64,000 bases of DNA from an uncultured Bifidobacterium sp. (GCA_964534995.1 CAZHSC010000003.1:4252-68251), one strand, 5' to 3'. Positions 29,648-41,190 are shown, numbered from the stretch's first letter. Notes: generated by a model from the sequence alone, not told the origin. A program made the numbers and translations.

Positions 29648-30967
29648 TCAGATATTTCCCTGGCCCAGTAATACCACCGGATTTTCCATCAATGCCTTGA
29701 ACGTATTCAGGAATTTTGATCCAACAACGCCATCCACCGCACGGTGGTCGCAGCTTAAGGTCACTTTCATCACATTTCCGGGCTGTACCATTCCATTTTT
29801 TACCACCGGCACTTGTTTAATGGCGCCAACGGCGAGGATGCAGGCGTCAGGAGGGTTGATAATCGCCGTAAATTCTTCTATGTTGTACATACCCAGATTG
29901 GAAATGGTAAATGTATTTCCTTCCCAGTCCTGGGGCTGCAGTTTTTTGTCTTTCGCCTTTTGGGCGTACGCTTTTACTTCTGTTGCAATTTGCGACAGTG
30001 TTTTGCTGTCGGCATACCGGACAACAGGAACCAGCAATCCCTCATCAACCGCTACGGCGACACCAATATTGATGTGATGGTTGAACCGGATGCGGTCACC
30101 CAGCCAGGAGGAATTTACTGCGGGATGCTGCCTCAGCGCGGCGGCGGCGGCTTTTACCACAAAATCATTAAAAGAGATTTTTACCTGCGTCACCTGGTTA
30201 ATGCTTTCCCTCGCACGGATTACTTCGTCCATGTCAATATCAAGCGTAAGATAAAAGTGAGGGGCGGTAAATTTACTTTCTCCAAGGCGTCGGGCGATGG
30301 TTTTTCTCATCTGCGATACCGTTACCTCTTCGAAGCTTTCTTTGGTGACGGCCGATGCCTGTAAGGCACTTGATTGCACCACTGTTCCCGGCTTAAACCA
30401 GTCAATATCACGCTTCACAATGCGCCCGTGTTCACCGCTGCCTTTGAGCATGCCAAGGTCGATGCCTTTTTCTGCGGCCAGGCGCCGTGCCAGGGGGGAA
30501 GCTTTCTGTCGGTCACTTCCGTTGTGTGAACTTATGATTTCCTGCACAGCCGGCGTTGAAATCTGTCTGGGAGGAACCGGTGGTGTACTTGCAGGAGCGG
30601 CACTGACAGGAGCCGCGGAAAGGGGGGGCGCCGCTTCCGTTGCCTTGCCGGCGGTGACAGTTTGGGGTGCTGCGGCCGCGGAAGCATTGATGGCCTCTTC
30701 TTTGGATAGCAGTTCTTTGTAATCTTCACCTGCCTTGCCCAGTATGGCCAGGACACTGTCAACAGGAGCAGCTTTGCCCTCTTCAATACCAATGTAAAGC
30801 AAAGTTCCGGCCTGGTAAGATTCAAATTCCATGGTAGCCTTGTCGGTTTCGATTTCAGCGATGAGGTCACCGTTTTTTACAGGGTCACCTACTTTCTTGT
30901 GCCACTTTACAACCACCCCTTCGGTCATTGTATCCGACATTTTAGGCATCCTTACGATCTCTGCCAT
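29648..30967 (-). CDS. dihydrolipoamide acetyltransferase (E2) of the pyruvate dehydrogenase complex
   Basis: Lipoyl domain (IETDKATMEFES). Ala/Pro-rich linker. Catalytic 2-oxoacid dehydrogenase acyltransferase domain (DHRAVDG). Confidence 0.85.
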   Translation of the reverse strand: MAEIVRMPKMSDTMTEGVVVKWHKKVGDPVKNGDLIAEIETDKATMEFESYQAGTLLYIGIEEGKAAPVDSVLAILGKAGEDYKELLSKEEAINASAAAAPQTVTAGKATEAAPPLSAAPVSAAPASTPPVPPRQISTPAVQEIISSHNGSDRQKASPLARRLAAEKGIDLGMLKGSGEHGRIVKRDIDWFKPGTVVQSSALQASAVTKESFEEVTVSQMRKTIARRLGESKFTAPHFYLTLDIDMDEVIRARESINQVTQVKISFNDFVVKAAAAALRQHPAVNSSWLGDRIRFNHHINIGVAVAVDEGLLVPVVRYADSKTLSQIATEVKAYAQKAKDKKLQPQDWEGNTFTISNLGMYNIEEFTAIINPPDACILAVGAIKQVPVVKNGMVQPGNVMKVTLSCDHRAVDGVVGSKFLNTFKALMENPVVLLGQGNI

Positions 30968-31052
30968 ATAGTATTTTTGCTTTTATTTTGATGTTGCTGT
31001 TTGTGTTAATACCGGATAGTGTCGCTAATTCTTATATGCGACGGATATGGGT

Positions 31053-32069
31053 TCAGTCCCGGATATAAGGATAATCATCCTGTACATATACATCCCTGAA
31101 CAATTCTGCGGATTCCGGATAGGGGGATTCTTCAGCGAATTTTACACTGTCCTCCACGATATCATGTATGCGTTCGTTGATTTTTTCTATATCCGCTTCT
31201 GATGCCATTTTGTGGTTCAGCAGCGTCTGCCTGACAATCTCTACAGGATCCTGTGCCTTATAGCTTTCTACTTCCTCTTTGGTGCGGTATTTTGCCGGGT
31301 CACTCATGGAGTGCCCCCTGAAACGGTACGTTTTTATTTCGAGAAACACAGGACCTTTCTCACGGGCATGCCTTGCCGCCATTTCCATGGCTTCATGCAC
31401 CGATTCCACGCTCATGCCGTCAACAGGATACGATGGCATATCGTAAGCAAGGCCTATTTTGTATAAGTCATGCACATTGGACGTTCGTTGAACGGAAGTG
31501 CCCATGGCATATGCATTGTTCTCTACAATAAAAACAACAGGTAACTCCCACAGCATGGCCATATTGAAGGCTTCATGCAGGGCTCCCTGCCGTACGGCGC
31601 CATCACCAAAATAGCAGGCACAGATGTTTCCTGTTTTATTGTATTTCTCGGCGAAGGCGATACCTGCTCCCAGTGGAATCTGTGCCCCCACAATACCGTG
31701 TCCCCCAAAAAATCTTTTCTCTTTTGAAAACATGTGCATCGATCCCCCCTTGCCTTTCGAACATCCCGTGATCTTCCCAAATAATTCCGCCATTACTTCA
31801 CGGGCGCTGATCCCTTTACCAAGGGCATGTGCATGATCACGGTAGGCGGTTATCATCGCGTCTTCAGGCTTCAATACACTCATAGCTCCCGCAACAACGG
31901 CTTCCTGACCAATGTATAAATGGCAAAATCCTTTGATCTTTTGCATGCCATACAACTGACCGGCCCGCTCTTCAAAACGTCGCATCAGTTGCATGTCTTC
32001 ATACCATTTCAGGTATTGCCCGGCGCTGTATTTGGGTTTCGTCTTCTTCGTCTTGGTGGCTGTATCCAT
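31053..32069 (-). CDS. pdhA: pyruvate dehydrogenase E1 component alpha subunit
   Basis: 338 aa with TPP-binding motifs (GDGAVRQGALHEAFN; YRFRGHSMSDP). Confidence 0.85.
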   Translation of the reverse strand: MDTATKTKKTKPKYSAGQYLKWYEDMQLMRRFEERAGQLYGMQKIKGFCHLYIGQEAVVAGAMSVLKPEDAMITAYRDHAHALGKGISAREVMAELFGKITGCSKGKGGSMHMFSKEKRFFGGHGIVGAQIPLGAGIAFAEKYNKTGNICACYFGDGAVRQGALHEAFNMAMLWELPVVFIVENNAYAMGTSVQRTSNVHDLYKIGLAYDMPSYPVDGMSVESVHEAMEMAARHAREKGPVFLEIKTYRFRGHSMSDPAKYRTKEEVESYKAQDPVEIVRQTLLNHKMASEADIEKINERIHDIVEDSVKFAEESPYPESAELFRDVYVQDDYPYIRD

Positions 32070-32323
32070 AGCGGCAAAAATAAGGAAAGCGGGGGTAACT
32101 CTCCTACAAATACCTTTCAGGAAAATTCGCCCGGCCTCCTCAATAAATTATTTGTAACATACTGAAATATAAAAATTTAGTAAAGTTCAGATGGATGTAT
32201 TCCGGAATTACTTTTCAATAGGCTGCAAGGTCTTGCCGGGCATAGCGAAAACCAGGTAGTGGTGTTTTGGATAATTTTCGCAAAATGGAAGGGAGATTTT
32301 TCCGGAAAAATGGCTACTTAGCT

Positions 32324-32833
32324 TTACTTTAAAGCGTCTCCGCTGAACAGAAAAGGAAGCAACTGGGCAACGCAATCGGATACGATATAAGTACCATGCC
32401 CTCCTTCCATGATAAGGCGTATCGAATGCGCGTAGCGGTGTTCATATTCTGCCATCACCTGCCGGCAGTCGCCGCAGGGACTGATGGGTACGGAAGGGGT
32501 TTTATGACCTTCGGGAAATGCGGTAATGGCAATGGCGATAATTTTCTTACCCGGATGTTGCGCCCCTGCAGCGAACAGGGCTACGCGCTCGGCGCAAAGC
32601 CCTGAGGGGTAGGCAGCGTTTTCCTGGTTACTTCCACGCACAATGATTCCATTTTCCAGTAAAACGGCAGCCCCCACGTGAAAGCGGGAATAGGGAGCGT
32701 AGGCGTCAAGGGCCGCCTTCCTGGCTTCCTCCATCAACAGCTTGTCCGCATCGCTTAATTCTTCAAATGAATTGTATTTTTCAAAATGACTGTCGAGTGT
32801 AATTTTTTGCATAAAATGATTTTTCCATTTCAA
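32324..32833 (-). CDS. cdd: cytidine deaminase
   Basis: Zinc-binding CAE (CAERVALFAA) and PCGDCRQ motifs. Confidence 0.8.
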   Translation of the reverse strand: MKWKNHFMQKITLDSHFEKYNSFEELSDADKLLMEEARKAALDAYAPYSRFHVGAAVLLENGIIVRGSNQENAAYPSGLCAERVALFAAGAQHPGKKIIAIAITAFPEGHKTPSVPISPCGDCRQVMAEYEHRYAHSIRLIMEGGHGTYIVSDCVAQLLPFLFSGDALK

Positions 32834-33015
32834 AGGTAATGAATTTGAAGGTTCAGTTACATGGCTGTAACCTGGTGTTGGTTATCTTCCATCCGTCTTG
32901 GTTAAATCAGCGTCAACATGCAGCAGGCGGTGAGCTGAAAGATGCTTATCCTGAAGGGAAGGTGATACCGGGGCGCTGGTTGAAAGCTGTGAATTCTGTG
33001 TAATTTTGATTCGTT

Positions 33016-33816
33016 ATGCATATTCAAAATTTTGAAAGTGACGACCTGGGATTGCTGAAGCCGCTGGAGCCGGAAGGCTGGGGTGACCTGGTACCCCGTT
33101 TTACCTTCTTCCTGTCAAATGAAAATATGCATCCGGTAAAAATGGTTTTTGAAGATAAAATTGTAGCCCTGGGGGCCAGCATTACTTTTCCGGAATCGGT
33201 ATGGCTGGCATGCATTATCACGCATCCGGATTACCGCAACAGGGGTTTGGGTGGGAAGATGACAAAATACCTGATTGATTCGGTTGACAGGGACCAAAGA
33301 CCCTCCATTAACCTGATTGCCACACCTGCCGGATATCCGCTCTACAAGCGCCTTGGTTTTATAACTGATAGTATCTACGAACATTTTAGTTCTGTACACC
33401 TGAATATCGCGGTTCCTGATGGTGACATGCCCGGAAATACTGTTGAAAATGATTACAGTCGCATCGTTGAAATGGACAGAAGGGTTTCCGGCGAGGACAG
33501 GAGCCTGTTGCTGAAGAAATATTTACGTGACGCCATTGTATACCGCACGGGCAATAACCTTCGTGGCGTATATTTTCCGGGCCTTGGAGAAGGAATGATC
33601 CTTGCAGAGGATGACGAGGCGGGAATACAGCTGATGAACCGTCGCCTGATAACAAAGACGGACGCGGTAATACCTGTTGATAACCAAAGCGCCATTCATC
33701 ATTTAAAAGTAAGGGGTATTTTGCCCTATCGGATATCCACGCGTATGTATATTGGTAAGAAAACGGAATGGCGGCCCGGTGCCCTTTTTAACAGGATAGG
33801 AGGGCAGTTGGGCTGA
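33016..33816 (+). CDS. GNAT family acetyltransferase
   Basis: Acetyl-CoA motif RNRGLGGKMTKYLI. 266 aa. Confidence 0.6.
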   Translation: MHIQNFESDDLGLLKPLEPEGWGDLVPRFTFFLSNENMHPVKMVFEDKIVALGASITFPESVWLACIITHPDYRNRGLGGKMTKYLIDSVDRDQRPSINLIATPAGYPLYKRLGFITDSIYEHFSSVHLNIAVPDGDMPGNTVENDYSRIVEMDRRVSGEDRSLLLKKYLRDAIVYRTGNNLRGVYFPGLGEGMILAEDDEAGIQLMNRRLITKTDAVIPVDNQSAIHHLKVRGILPYRISTRMYIGKKTEWRPGALFNRIGGQLG

Positions 33817-33905
33817 AGGTGCCTGGCAGCAGTGACTGCTTTTATAGGTTATTTGCTGAGGGCAGGTGTTTCCAGGCGTGGGTTTAACTTATTTACATTA
33901 AAAAA

Positions 33906-33942
33906 GGTCATCCCATGCATGGCAGTGATGACCTTTTTTTTT
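33906..33942. terminator. bidirectional rho-independent terminator between the GNAT gene and dnaJ
   Basis: Perfect 7-bp stem GGTCATC/GATGACC. 14-nt loop containing the palindrome CCATGCATGG. Flanked by A5 on the 5' side and T9 on the 3' side. Confidence 0.7.
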
Positions 33943-33970
33943 CCGGGATTTATGAGTCCGGTACGTGAGA

Positions 33971-35131
33971 TCAGTTGAAATATTCTTTCATCCGCTCAAA
34001 GAAACTCTTGTCGCCTTTACCCGGCTTCGGTTTAAAATTTTCGGCATCGCGCAACTTTTCCAGAGTTTTCTTTTCTTCTGAACTTAATTGCTGGGGCGTC
34101 CAAACGTTGATGTTGACCAACAGATCGCCGCGTGTATATGAATTCAAAGCGGGAACGCCTTTTCCTTTCAGCCGCAGTACCTTGCCCCCCTGAGTGCCGG
34201 GTTCTATTTTGATTTTTGCCTTCCCCTCCAGCGTAGGTACTTCAACGGAAGCCCCGAGGGCGGCATCAATAAAACTGACATATAAATCATAAATCAGATG
34301 ATCGCCGTCTCTTTGCAATTGCGGATGTGGAATCTCTTCCACAACAATCAGCAAGTCGCCGGGTATTCCACCGCGCTCCGCTGCATTTCCTTTTCCACTA
34401 ACGGTGAGCTGCATACCCTCGGCAACTCCGGGTGGTATATTGATACTTATGATTTCTTCTCCTTGCTGCACCCCCGAACCATGGCAGGACTTACACTTGT
34501 CGGTAATGGTCTGACCTTCGCCATTACAGGCAGGACAAGTGGTGATGGTTTGCATTTGGCCGAGGAAGCTGTTTGTCACGCGCCTGATTTGGCCGCTACC
34601 CTTACAGGTATTGCAGGTAGAGAAGGCCCCTGAGCCGGCCTGGGCGCCGGATCCGCCACAAGACTGACAACCGATATTTTTATTAACCTTAATTTTCTTC
34701 TCGGTACCTTTTGCGATTTCCTCGAGGCTCAGTTTTACCTTTATGCGCAGGTTGGTACCACGGTTAACAGTTCTCCTGCCGCCGCGTCCGCCGCCCCCAC
34801 CGCCAAAAAAGCTTTCGAAGGGATTTCCGCCGCCACCAAAAATATCTCCGAACTGGCTGAAGATATCTTCCATGTTCATCCCCTGACCGCCAAATCCGCC
34901 ATTGCCGCCCATGCCACTGTGGCCGAACTGGTCGTACCTGCTTTTCTTTTCAGGATTGCTTAATACTTCATACGCTTCCGCGGCCTCTTTAAATTTATCT
35001 TCCGCCGTTTTATCCCCGGGGTTCTTATCGGGGTGGAACTTGAGTGCCAACTGCCGGTAGGCTTTCTTGATCTCTGCTTCCGTAGCGTTTTTCGCGACTC
35101 CTAATACTTCGTAATAATCTCTTTTTGCCAT
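33971..35131 (-). CDS. dnaJ: molecular chaperone DnaJ
   Basis: J-domain with HPD ([10 protein letters not shown]). Gly/Phe-rich region. Four CxxCxGxG zinc-finger repeats. Confidence 0.9.
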   Translation of the reverse strand: MAKRDYYEVLGVAKNATEAEIKKAYRQLALKFHPDKNPGDKTAEDKFKEAAEAYEVLSNPEKKSRYDQFGHSGMGGNGGFGGQGMNMEDIFSQFGDIFGGGGNPFESFFGGGGGGRGGRRTVNRGTNLRIKVKLSLEEIAKGTEKKIKVNKNIGCQSCGGSGAQAGSGAFSTCNTCKGSGQIRRVTNSFLGQMQTITTCPACNGEGQTITDKCKSCHGSGVQQGEEIISINIPPGVAEGMQLTVSGKGNAAERGGIPGDLLIVVEEIPHPQLQRDGDHLIYDLYVSFIDAALGASVEVPTLEGKAKIKIEPGTQGGKVLRLKGKGVPALNSYTRGDLLVNINVWTPQQLSSEEKKTLEKLRDAENFKPKPGKGDKSFFERMKEYFN

Positions 35132-35142
35132 GTGTTATTCTC

Positions 35143-35766
35143 CTAACTGCCTACCACTACCTTTGCGTAGCGGATTACCTTTTCATTGAGCCAATATCCT
35201 TTTTCTATTTCATCTACGATTTTACCCTTCATGGCGGGATTGTCAACCGGTATTTTAGTAATGGCCTCATGGAGTTCCACATCAAATTCTTTTCCGAGTG
35301 AATCCATGGCTTTGAGTCCTTTTTGCTCAAGGCTGCTCAGGAGTTTCTGGTGTATTAACACTATGCCTTCCTTTAAAGCCGGATCTGTGGCAGGGCTCAT
35401 CGCCTTGATAGCCCTTTCAAAATCATCGATTACCGGTAGGAGGGAGGCACTGATGTCGGCGCTGGCATTTTTTATCAAATCCACTCTTTCCTTGCTGCTT
35501 CTCCTTTTATAATTTTCGAATTCGGCGTACAGGCGCAGGTGGTTGTCTTTTAATTCTTTGATTTCCTTCTCCAGTTTTCCTACAGGATCTTCCTCAAGGG
35601 GCTTTTGTTCTGAAGCTTCTGCTTCTGACGAACGTTTGATTTCTTCGGCAATAGGGTTATCGTTTAAGTCACTCTGTTTTTCCGTTTCCTGGCTCATCGC
35701 TTTTCTGTTACTAAATAGGTTTCTGATATTCATGAATTTTTTGGGCCGAAACAAAAATACTGCCAT
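35143..35766 (-). CDS. grpE: nucleotide exchange factor GrpE
   Basis: 207 aa with typical GrpE coiled-coil and C-terminal beta domain (LRLYAEFENYKRR). Confidence 0.85.
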   Translation of the reverse strand: MAVFLFRPKKFMNIRNLFSNRKAMSQETEKQSDLNDNPIAEEIKRSSEAEASEQKPLEEDPVGKLEKEIKELKDNHLRLYAEFENYKRRSSKERVDLIKNASADISASLLPVIDDFERAIKAMSPATDPALKEGIVLIHQKLLSSLEQKGLKAMDSLGKEFDVELHEAITKIPVDNPAMKGKIVDEIEKGYWLNEKVIRYAKVVVGS

Positions 35767-35878
35767 CCTGCAATAGTAGACAAATTGGCAGTATTTACAT
35801 AAAGTAAGAAGCTGTCCTTTTGAGACAGCCTCTTATAATTAGATGGTTTGAAGGGAGTATTTTACTTTACCCGCCTGA

Positions 35879-36460
35879 TTATTTTGTTTCTTTTGATTTA
35901 TCAGGTGCGGAGGCACTGCTTTTCGCGAGCAGGGATTCGAGGGTTGCTTCGAGATTCGCACCTCTGAGTTGACGGGCAATGATAACACCGTTTCCGTCTA
36001 TCAGGTAGTTGGCAGGTATTGAATTGACCCCATACATAGCTGCCGGTTTCGACTGCCATCCTCCCAGATCGCTTACATGATAGGGCCATTCCAGCTTATC
36101 TTTCGCAATGGCCTTGATCCAAGCTTCTTTATTCTGATCGAGGCTTACACTGTAAATGGTAAAGCCTTTTCCATTTTTAAATTTCTGGTCTTTGTACTTC
36201 AGGTAGGCTGCAACAACATGTGGATTTTCCATTCTGCAGGGTCCGCACCAGCTGGCCCAGAAATCAAGAAGCACCATTTGACCTTTGAGGGAACTGAGCG
36301 CAATGGTTTTGCCTTCGGGACTGGTGAATGCCAGATCGATGGCTTTGTTACCCACCGCGGTACCCGTTGAACCTTGTGATCCTTTTGTGAAAGAGGAAAG
36401 TGAGATAGCTGCCAGAGCTAAGAAACCGCTGAAGCCCAGCAGAATAGTGATTTTTTTCAT
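35879..36460 (-). CDS. TlpA/ResA-like periplasmic thiol:disulfide oxidoreductase
   Basis: Signal peptide and thioredoxin CxxC motif WASWCGPC. Confidence 0.75.
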   Translation of the reverse strand: MKKITILLGFSGFLALAAISLSSFTKGSQGSTGTAVGNKAIDLAFTSPEGKTIALSSLKGQMVLLDFWASWCGPCRMENPHVVAAYLKYKDQKFKNGKGFTIYSVSLDQNKEAWIKAIAKDKLEWPYHVSDLGGWQSKPAAMYGVNSIPANYLIDGNGVIIARQLRGANLEATLESLLAKSSASAPDKSKETK

Positions 36461-36639
36461 ATTGCTTTAAGATGTTTTCAGTTAAGACGCGGAGGAATGG
36501 CAAAAATAGTACCAAATAGAAATAATCAGTTAATTTTTCAATGAATTTCAGCCAATTAATGATAAACAGATCAGACGCATCTCAGGCTATTTGACCTGCT
36601 GCTTATAAAGAATCAGGAAGGTGGGGAAATCCCGGACGA

Positions 36640-37992
36640 TTATATTCTTTTTATCTGGGCGCCCAGGGCATTTAACCGCTCATCGATGCGTTCATACCCT
36701 CTGTCAATTTGCTCAATATTATGAATGACGCTCTTTCCTTTGGCGCTCATGGCAGCAATCAGCAAGGCTACCCCGGCGCGAATGTCGGGTGAGGTCATTT
36801 GTATGCCCTTCAGCGGGTGTTTACGTGCCAGCCCGATCACGGTAGCGCGGTGGGGGTCGCAAAGAATAATTTGGGCACCCATATCAATCAGTTTGTCAAC
36901 AAAGAAGAGCCGGCTTTCAAACATTTTTTGGTGAACGAGAACGGTTCCCTTGGCTTGTGTGGCGGTAACCAGGATTACGCTCAGCAGGTCGGGCGTAAAG
37001 CCGGGCCAGATCTGGTCAGCAATCGTCAGAATAGACCCGTCAATAAAGGTGTCTATTTCATAAAGTTCCTGGGCAGGGATATAAATATCATCGTCCCTGA
37101 ATTCCATCTTTATTCCCAATCGCTGAAATGTAGAAGGGATGATACCAAGATGTTTGAGGCCCACATTTTTTATGGTCAGCTCGCTTTGGGTCATGGCTGC
37201 CAGCCCGATAAAGGAGCCCACTTCAATCATGTCAGGCAGGATGCGGTGCCGGGTTCCTTTTAGCGAAGTTACCCCTTCGATGACAAGTAAATTGGAACCA
37301 ATGCCACTTATTTTTGCTCCCATGGCATTCAGCATTTTGCACAACTGCTGCAGGTAGGGTTCACAGGCAGCATTGTAAATCGTAGTGGTACCTTCAGCCA
37401 TCACAGCTGCCATCACGATATTGGCGGTGCCGGTTACCGATGCTTCATCGAGAAGCATGTAGGTTCCCTTGAGGTGTTGCGCATCAACCCTGTAAAAATT
37501 ATCATTGCTGTCAAAGTCAAATTTTGCTCCCAGGTTCTGAAAGCCGATGAAATGCGTGTCGAGGCGGCGGCGACCGATTTTATCTCCGCCCGGCCGGGGA
37601 ATGGCTGCTTTCCCATAGCGTGCCAACAGTGGTCCGATGATCATAATCGAACCGCGCAATGCGGCACCCAGCTTGGCGAATTCTTTTGTTTCAAGGTAGC
37701 TGAGGTCGATGTTTTGCGCGCGGAAGGAAAAAGTATTCGGAGCTATTTTTTCTGTTTGCACGCCCATTTTCCCAAGGAGTTCAATCAGTTTGATGACATC
37801 GCGGATTTCCGGTACATTTTCAATAAGGCATTCTTCCGGTGTAAGAAGTACGGCACAAAGAATCTGCAGCGCTTCGTTTTTTGCCCCCTGCGGTTCAATG
37901 GAACCCTGTAATTTGCAGCCCCCGGTAATTTCAAAGCTGCCTCCGGTAAGTTGTGTTGTTTCGGCGGGATTATTTGCCACGGCTGTATCCAT
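36640..37992 (-). CDS. murA: UDP-N-acetylglucosamine 1-carboxyvinyltransferase
   Basis: 450 aa EPT-fold. N-terminal [19 protein letters not shown] is typical of MurA. Confidence 0.9.
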   Translation of the reverse strand: MDTAVANNPAETTQLTGGSFEITGGCKLQGSIEPQGAKNEALQILCAVLLTPEECLIENVPEIRDVIKLIELLGKMGVQTEKIAPNTFSFRAQNIDLSYLETKEFAKLGAALRGSIMIIGPLLARYGKAAIPRPGGDKIGRRRLDTHFIGFQNLGAKFDFDSNDNFYRVDAQHLKGTYMLLDEASVTGTANIVMAAVMAEGTTTIYNAACEPYLQQLCKMLNAMGAKISGIGSNLLVIEGVTSLKGTRHRILPDMIEVGSFIGLAAMTQSELTIKNVGLKHLGIIPSTFQRLGIKMEFRDDDIYIPAQELYEIDTFIDGSILTIADQIWPGFTPDLLSVILVTATQAKGTVLVHQKMFESRLFFVDKLIDMGAQIILCDPHRATVIGLARKHPLKGIQMTSPDIRAGVALLIAAMSAKGKSVIHNIEQIDRGYERIDERLNALGAQIKRI

Positions 37993-38599
37993 TGCTGGGA
38001 TTACGTTTTCTGAGGGTATTGTTCTTTTTATTCCTTCTGTCGGCTTCCCTTAAGTCGATAAACCTGTTGGTGAGTTTCATGTCCTCACGGATCTCCAGCT
38101 TGCCTCCTGAAAATTCCCGTAGTTGTTCACGTATTACTTCATCATCAACAGAGTCACGGTTCCAGGTAAGATAGCTCATCTTCATAAAATTAGCGATGGC
38201 TTCTACCACCTGCTGGCGTTCCGGTCCTTCTTCCATCTTCAGCGCTTCCTTGATCATGAGTTCAACCGTGCTGCCATAATGTCTCAGTTTTATGTTTTTC
38301 TGAGGATAAGGCAGTGGCGAAGGTTTTACATGCGTAAGGTCTTTATCGGGCATTGGAAAAGGTGAATCACAATCCAGTTTGAAATCAGAGATGATATACA
38401 TGTGATCCCATAACTTATGTTTATAGTCGGAAAATTCACGGAGGCTCGGATTTAAAACCGCCATGGCATTGACGATGGTCTTAGCTGCCTTTGATCTTTC
38501 ATCGCGGTCTTCGAGTTGAACAGCGTATTCCACCATTTCCTGAATGGAGCGGCCGTATTCTGAAATAATGAGTGCTTTTCTGGAGGTATTATATTGCAT
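37970..38599 (-). CDS. DUF4290-family protein (conserved murA neighbour in Bacteroidota)
   Basis: Start adjusted to the internal Met ([26 protein letters not shown]). Conserved immediately upstream of murA in Bacteroidetes genomes, to my knowledge. Confidence 0.55.
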   Translation of the reverse strand: MQYNTSRKALIISEYGRSIQEMVEYAVQLEDRDERSKAAKTIVNAMAVLNPSLREFSDYKHKLWDHMYIISDFKLDCDSPFPMPDKDLTHVKPSPLPYPQKNIKLRHYGSTVELMIKEALKMEEGPERQQVVEAIANFMKMSYLTWNRDSVDDEVIREQLREFSGGKLEIREDMKLTNRFIDLREADRRNKKNNTLRKRNPSNGYSRGK

Positions 38600-38781
38600 G
38601 CTATAGAATGGAAATACTTTTATAATGGTCAAAGGTAAGGAATATAACGACATAAATTACCCTCCCGCCTTTCAGGTTTTTAACACGTTTCAAGCTGATT
38701 GGCGAGTCCCCTCAATGATGTTTTCATAAGAATCTGAAAAGTAAAAGGTGTTGCGGGTGGGGTGCGTAAATAACCCAAAGT

Positions 38782-41190
38782 TTATTCAACCACCCTGAGT
38801 TTCGCGAATTTCAGCAGCAATTGCTTTTGACCCTGCCCGTCAAAGAGGATTGTAGCTTTGTTTTCCGGTGGCCTGCCTTCCAGTGAAATCACCTGCCCGC
38901 GGCCAAAACGCTGATGTTCAACGTAGGCACCCAGGGTTATTTTTGAAGGGTCGTCGGCGATAAAATTTCCTGTGGACGGTGATGCCTGCGCCAGATTCAT
39001 TTTTTTAAAACCTTTCGGTATGGCACCGCTGTTAGAGGATGGGGTGGTTACCGGTGGATGGCTTTTCGCCGTGGACTCTTTAGGCTTTGCCGGCCCGTAC
39101 CGGGAAGGCCTGGTATTGCCCTTGAAGCTTTTACCACTGTTCCCGTAGCTGGACCATCCGCCTCTTTCATCGTCCTGGTCAAACAGGGCTTCCCCTTTTT
39201 GTGGGATTGTCTCCAGGCAGGCGCTGTCAATTTCATCGAGGAAACGGCTGGGTTCGCACATAATGAGATTGCCCCAGCGGAAGCGGGTTGCGGCCAGTGA
39301 CAGGGTGAGTTTCTCTTCCGCCCGGGTGATGGCCACGTAAAAAAGCCTTCTTTCTTCTTCCAGTTCGCTGCGTGAATGTACGCTCATCTGACTGGGAAAG
39401 AGATTTTCTTCCATACCCACCACATAAACGTTTTTAAACTCCAGACCTTTGGCGCTGTGGATGGTCATGAGTGAAACCTTGTCATTGTCTCCGTCTTTTT
39501 CATTGTCGGCATCCGTAAGCAGGGCGATGTCCTGCAGGTAAAGGTCGAGGCTGCGCAGGGCCGGCAGTTCCTGTTCGGCGGAGGGGGATTCGAGCGGGAT
39601 CTTACCGTTTTCGCTGAATTCCCGGATACCGTTCAGCAATTCCTGTACGTTTTCAAAATGGCTGACACCTTCCGGGGTCCTGTCGTTGTACAGTTCTTTA
39701 AGCAGTCCTGATGCTGACGCGATATGACTTGCCAGTTCGTAAGCGCTGTGGGTAGGAAGCATCACCTGCCAGCTGCGGACCATCACCGCGAACTCGGCTA
39801 CCTTATCACGGATGCCGCTGTTGATACCGGCCTTGAATTCGTGGATGTTCTGCAGTACATCCCACACCGCAACATTTTCCTGCGCGGCATGTACAATCAG
39901 CCTGTCGACCGTGGTTTTGCCAATTCCCCTGGCGGGATAATTGATGATACGTTTCATCGCTTCCTCGTCCAGTGGATTTACCGCCATCCGGAAGTAGGCC
40001 AGCAGGTCTTTAATTTCCTTTCGGTGATAGAAAGAAAGGCCGCCATACACCCTGTAAGGTATATTCCTCCGTCGGAGGGCTTCTTCCATGGAGCGGCTTT
40101 GTGCGTTGGTCCGGTAGAGGATGGCAAAATCTTTATTCAGGAGTTTCCGGTTCATCTTCTCTTCAAAGATGCTCAGGGCAACCTGATTTCCTTCCTCATT
40201 ATCACTGATGGCTTTCAGCAGTTTTATCTTTTCACCGTGGTGATTTTCGGTCCATACTTCCTTCTTTAACTGGTTCTTGTTAAAAGTGATGACTGAATTT
40301 GCCGCCTGAACAATGGTTTTTGTACTTCTGTAATTTTGCTCCAGCTTAAAAGTTTTGATTTCGGGGAAGTCGCGTTCAAAGTTTAATATGTTCTGAATAT
40401 TGGCGCCCCTGAAGGCATAAATACTCTGCGCGTCATCACCCACTACGCAAATATTCTGATGCACCGCCGATAATTTTTTGACGATTATATACTGCGCGAA
40501 ATTGGTGTCCTGAAACTCATCCACCATCACGTATTTGAACTTAATCTGATACTTGTACAGTACATCCGGATGTTCCTGGAATAGTTTCCAGGTATTGTAC
40601 AGGATGTCATCAAAGTCCATGGCACCGGCTTTGAAACAGCGCTTGCTGTACAACTCGAATATCAGGCCCAGTTTGGGTTTTCCGCTCGCCTGATCGTCTC
40701 TGGTCAGCTCTCCGTTCTCCTGGTATTCTCTCCAGTTGAAAAGATTGTTTTTTGCCGAAGATATCCGTTGAAGTACAGTAGAGGGTTTGTAAATTTTATC
40801 ATCCAGGTTCTGTTCTTTGAGGATGTCTCTGATGAGGCTTTTACTATCGTCGGTATCGTAAATGGTGAAGTTCGGCGTATAATTGATTTTATCCGCCTCT
40901 ATCCTGAGGATTCGTGCGAATACGGAGTGAAAAGTACCCATCCATAAATTCCGCGCTTCATTGCCCACCACTTTGGAAATCCTTTCTTTCATTTCACGTG
41001 CCGCCTTGTTGGTGAAGGTAAGGGCAAGGATGTTAAAAGGGTCATTCCCCTGCTCAATCAGGTAGGCAATGCGGTAGGTGAGTACCCTTGTCTTTCCGGA
41101 TCCTGCTCCTGCAATTATCATTACGGGACCATCTGTCTGCTTCACCGCTTCACGCTGCACTTCGTTGAGTTGGTCGAGGTAAGTATTCAT
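38782..41190 (-). CDS. uvrD: ATP-dependent DNA helicase, UvrD/PcrA/Rep family
   Basis: Walker A (AGAGSGKT). Helicase motifs II-VI (DEFQDTN, GDDAQSIYAFRGA, MTIHSAKGLEF). 802 aa. Confidence 0.85.
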   Translation of the reverse strand: MNTYLDQLNEVQREAVKQTDGPVMIIAGAGSGKTRVLTYRIAYLIEQGNDPFNILALTFTNKAAREMKERISKVVGNEARNLWMGTFHSVFARILRIEADKINYTPNFTIYDTDDSKSLIRDILKEQNLDDKIYKPSTVLQRISSAKNNLFNWREYQENGELTRDDQASGKPKLGLIFELYSKRCFKAGAMDFDDILYNTWKLFQEHPDVLYKYQIKFKYVMVDEFQDTNFAQYIIVKKLSAVHQNICVVGDDAQSIYAFRGANIQNILNFERDFPEIKTFKLEQNYRSTKTIVQAANSVITFNKNQLKKEVWTENHHGEKIKLLKAISDNEEGNQVALSIFEEKMNRKLLNKDFAILYRTNAQSRSMEEALRRRNIPYRVYGGLSFYHRKEIKDLLAYFRMAVNPLDEEAMKRIINYPARGIGKTTVDRLIVHAAQENVAVWDVLQNIHEFKAGINSGIRDKVAEFAVMVRSWQVMLPTHSAYELASHIASASGLLKELYNDRTPEGVSHFENVQELLNGIREFSENGKIPLESPSAEQELPALRSLDLYLQDIALLTDADNEKDGDNDKVSLMTIHSAKGLEFKNVYVVGMEENLFPSQMSVHSRSELEEERRLFYVAITRAEEKLTLSLAATRFRWGNLIMCEPSRFLDEIDSACLETIPQKGEALFDQDDERGGWSSYGNSGKSFKGNTRPSRYGPAKPKESTAKSHPPVTTPSSNSGAIPKGFKKMNLAQASPSTGNFIADDPSKITLGAYVEHQRFGRGQVISLEGRPPENKATILFDGQGQKQLLLKFAKLRVVE

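Noticed and set aside
35815-35845. Hairpin GCTGTC-CTTTTGA-GACAGC between the TlpA-like gene and grpE, as a possible terminator.
   Set aside because: It is only a 6-bp stem with a weak T-tract on the relevant minus strand. That is insufficient to call a terminator with confidence. It may be a partial attenuator instead.
35767-35878. CIRCE (HrcA) heat-shock operator upstream of grpE-dnaJ.
   Set aside because: There is no TTAGCACTC-N9-GAGTGCTAA-like inverted repeat in the grpE upstream region. Bacteroidota generally lack HrcA/CIRCE control.
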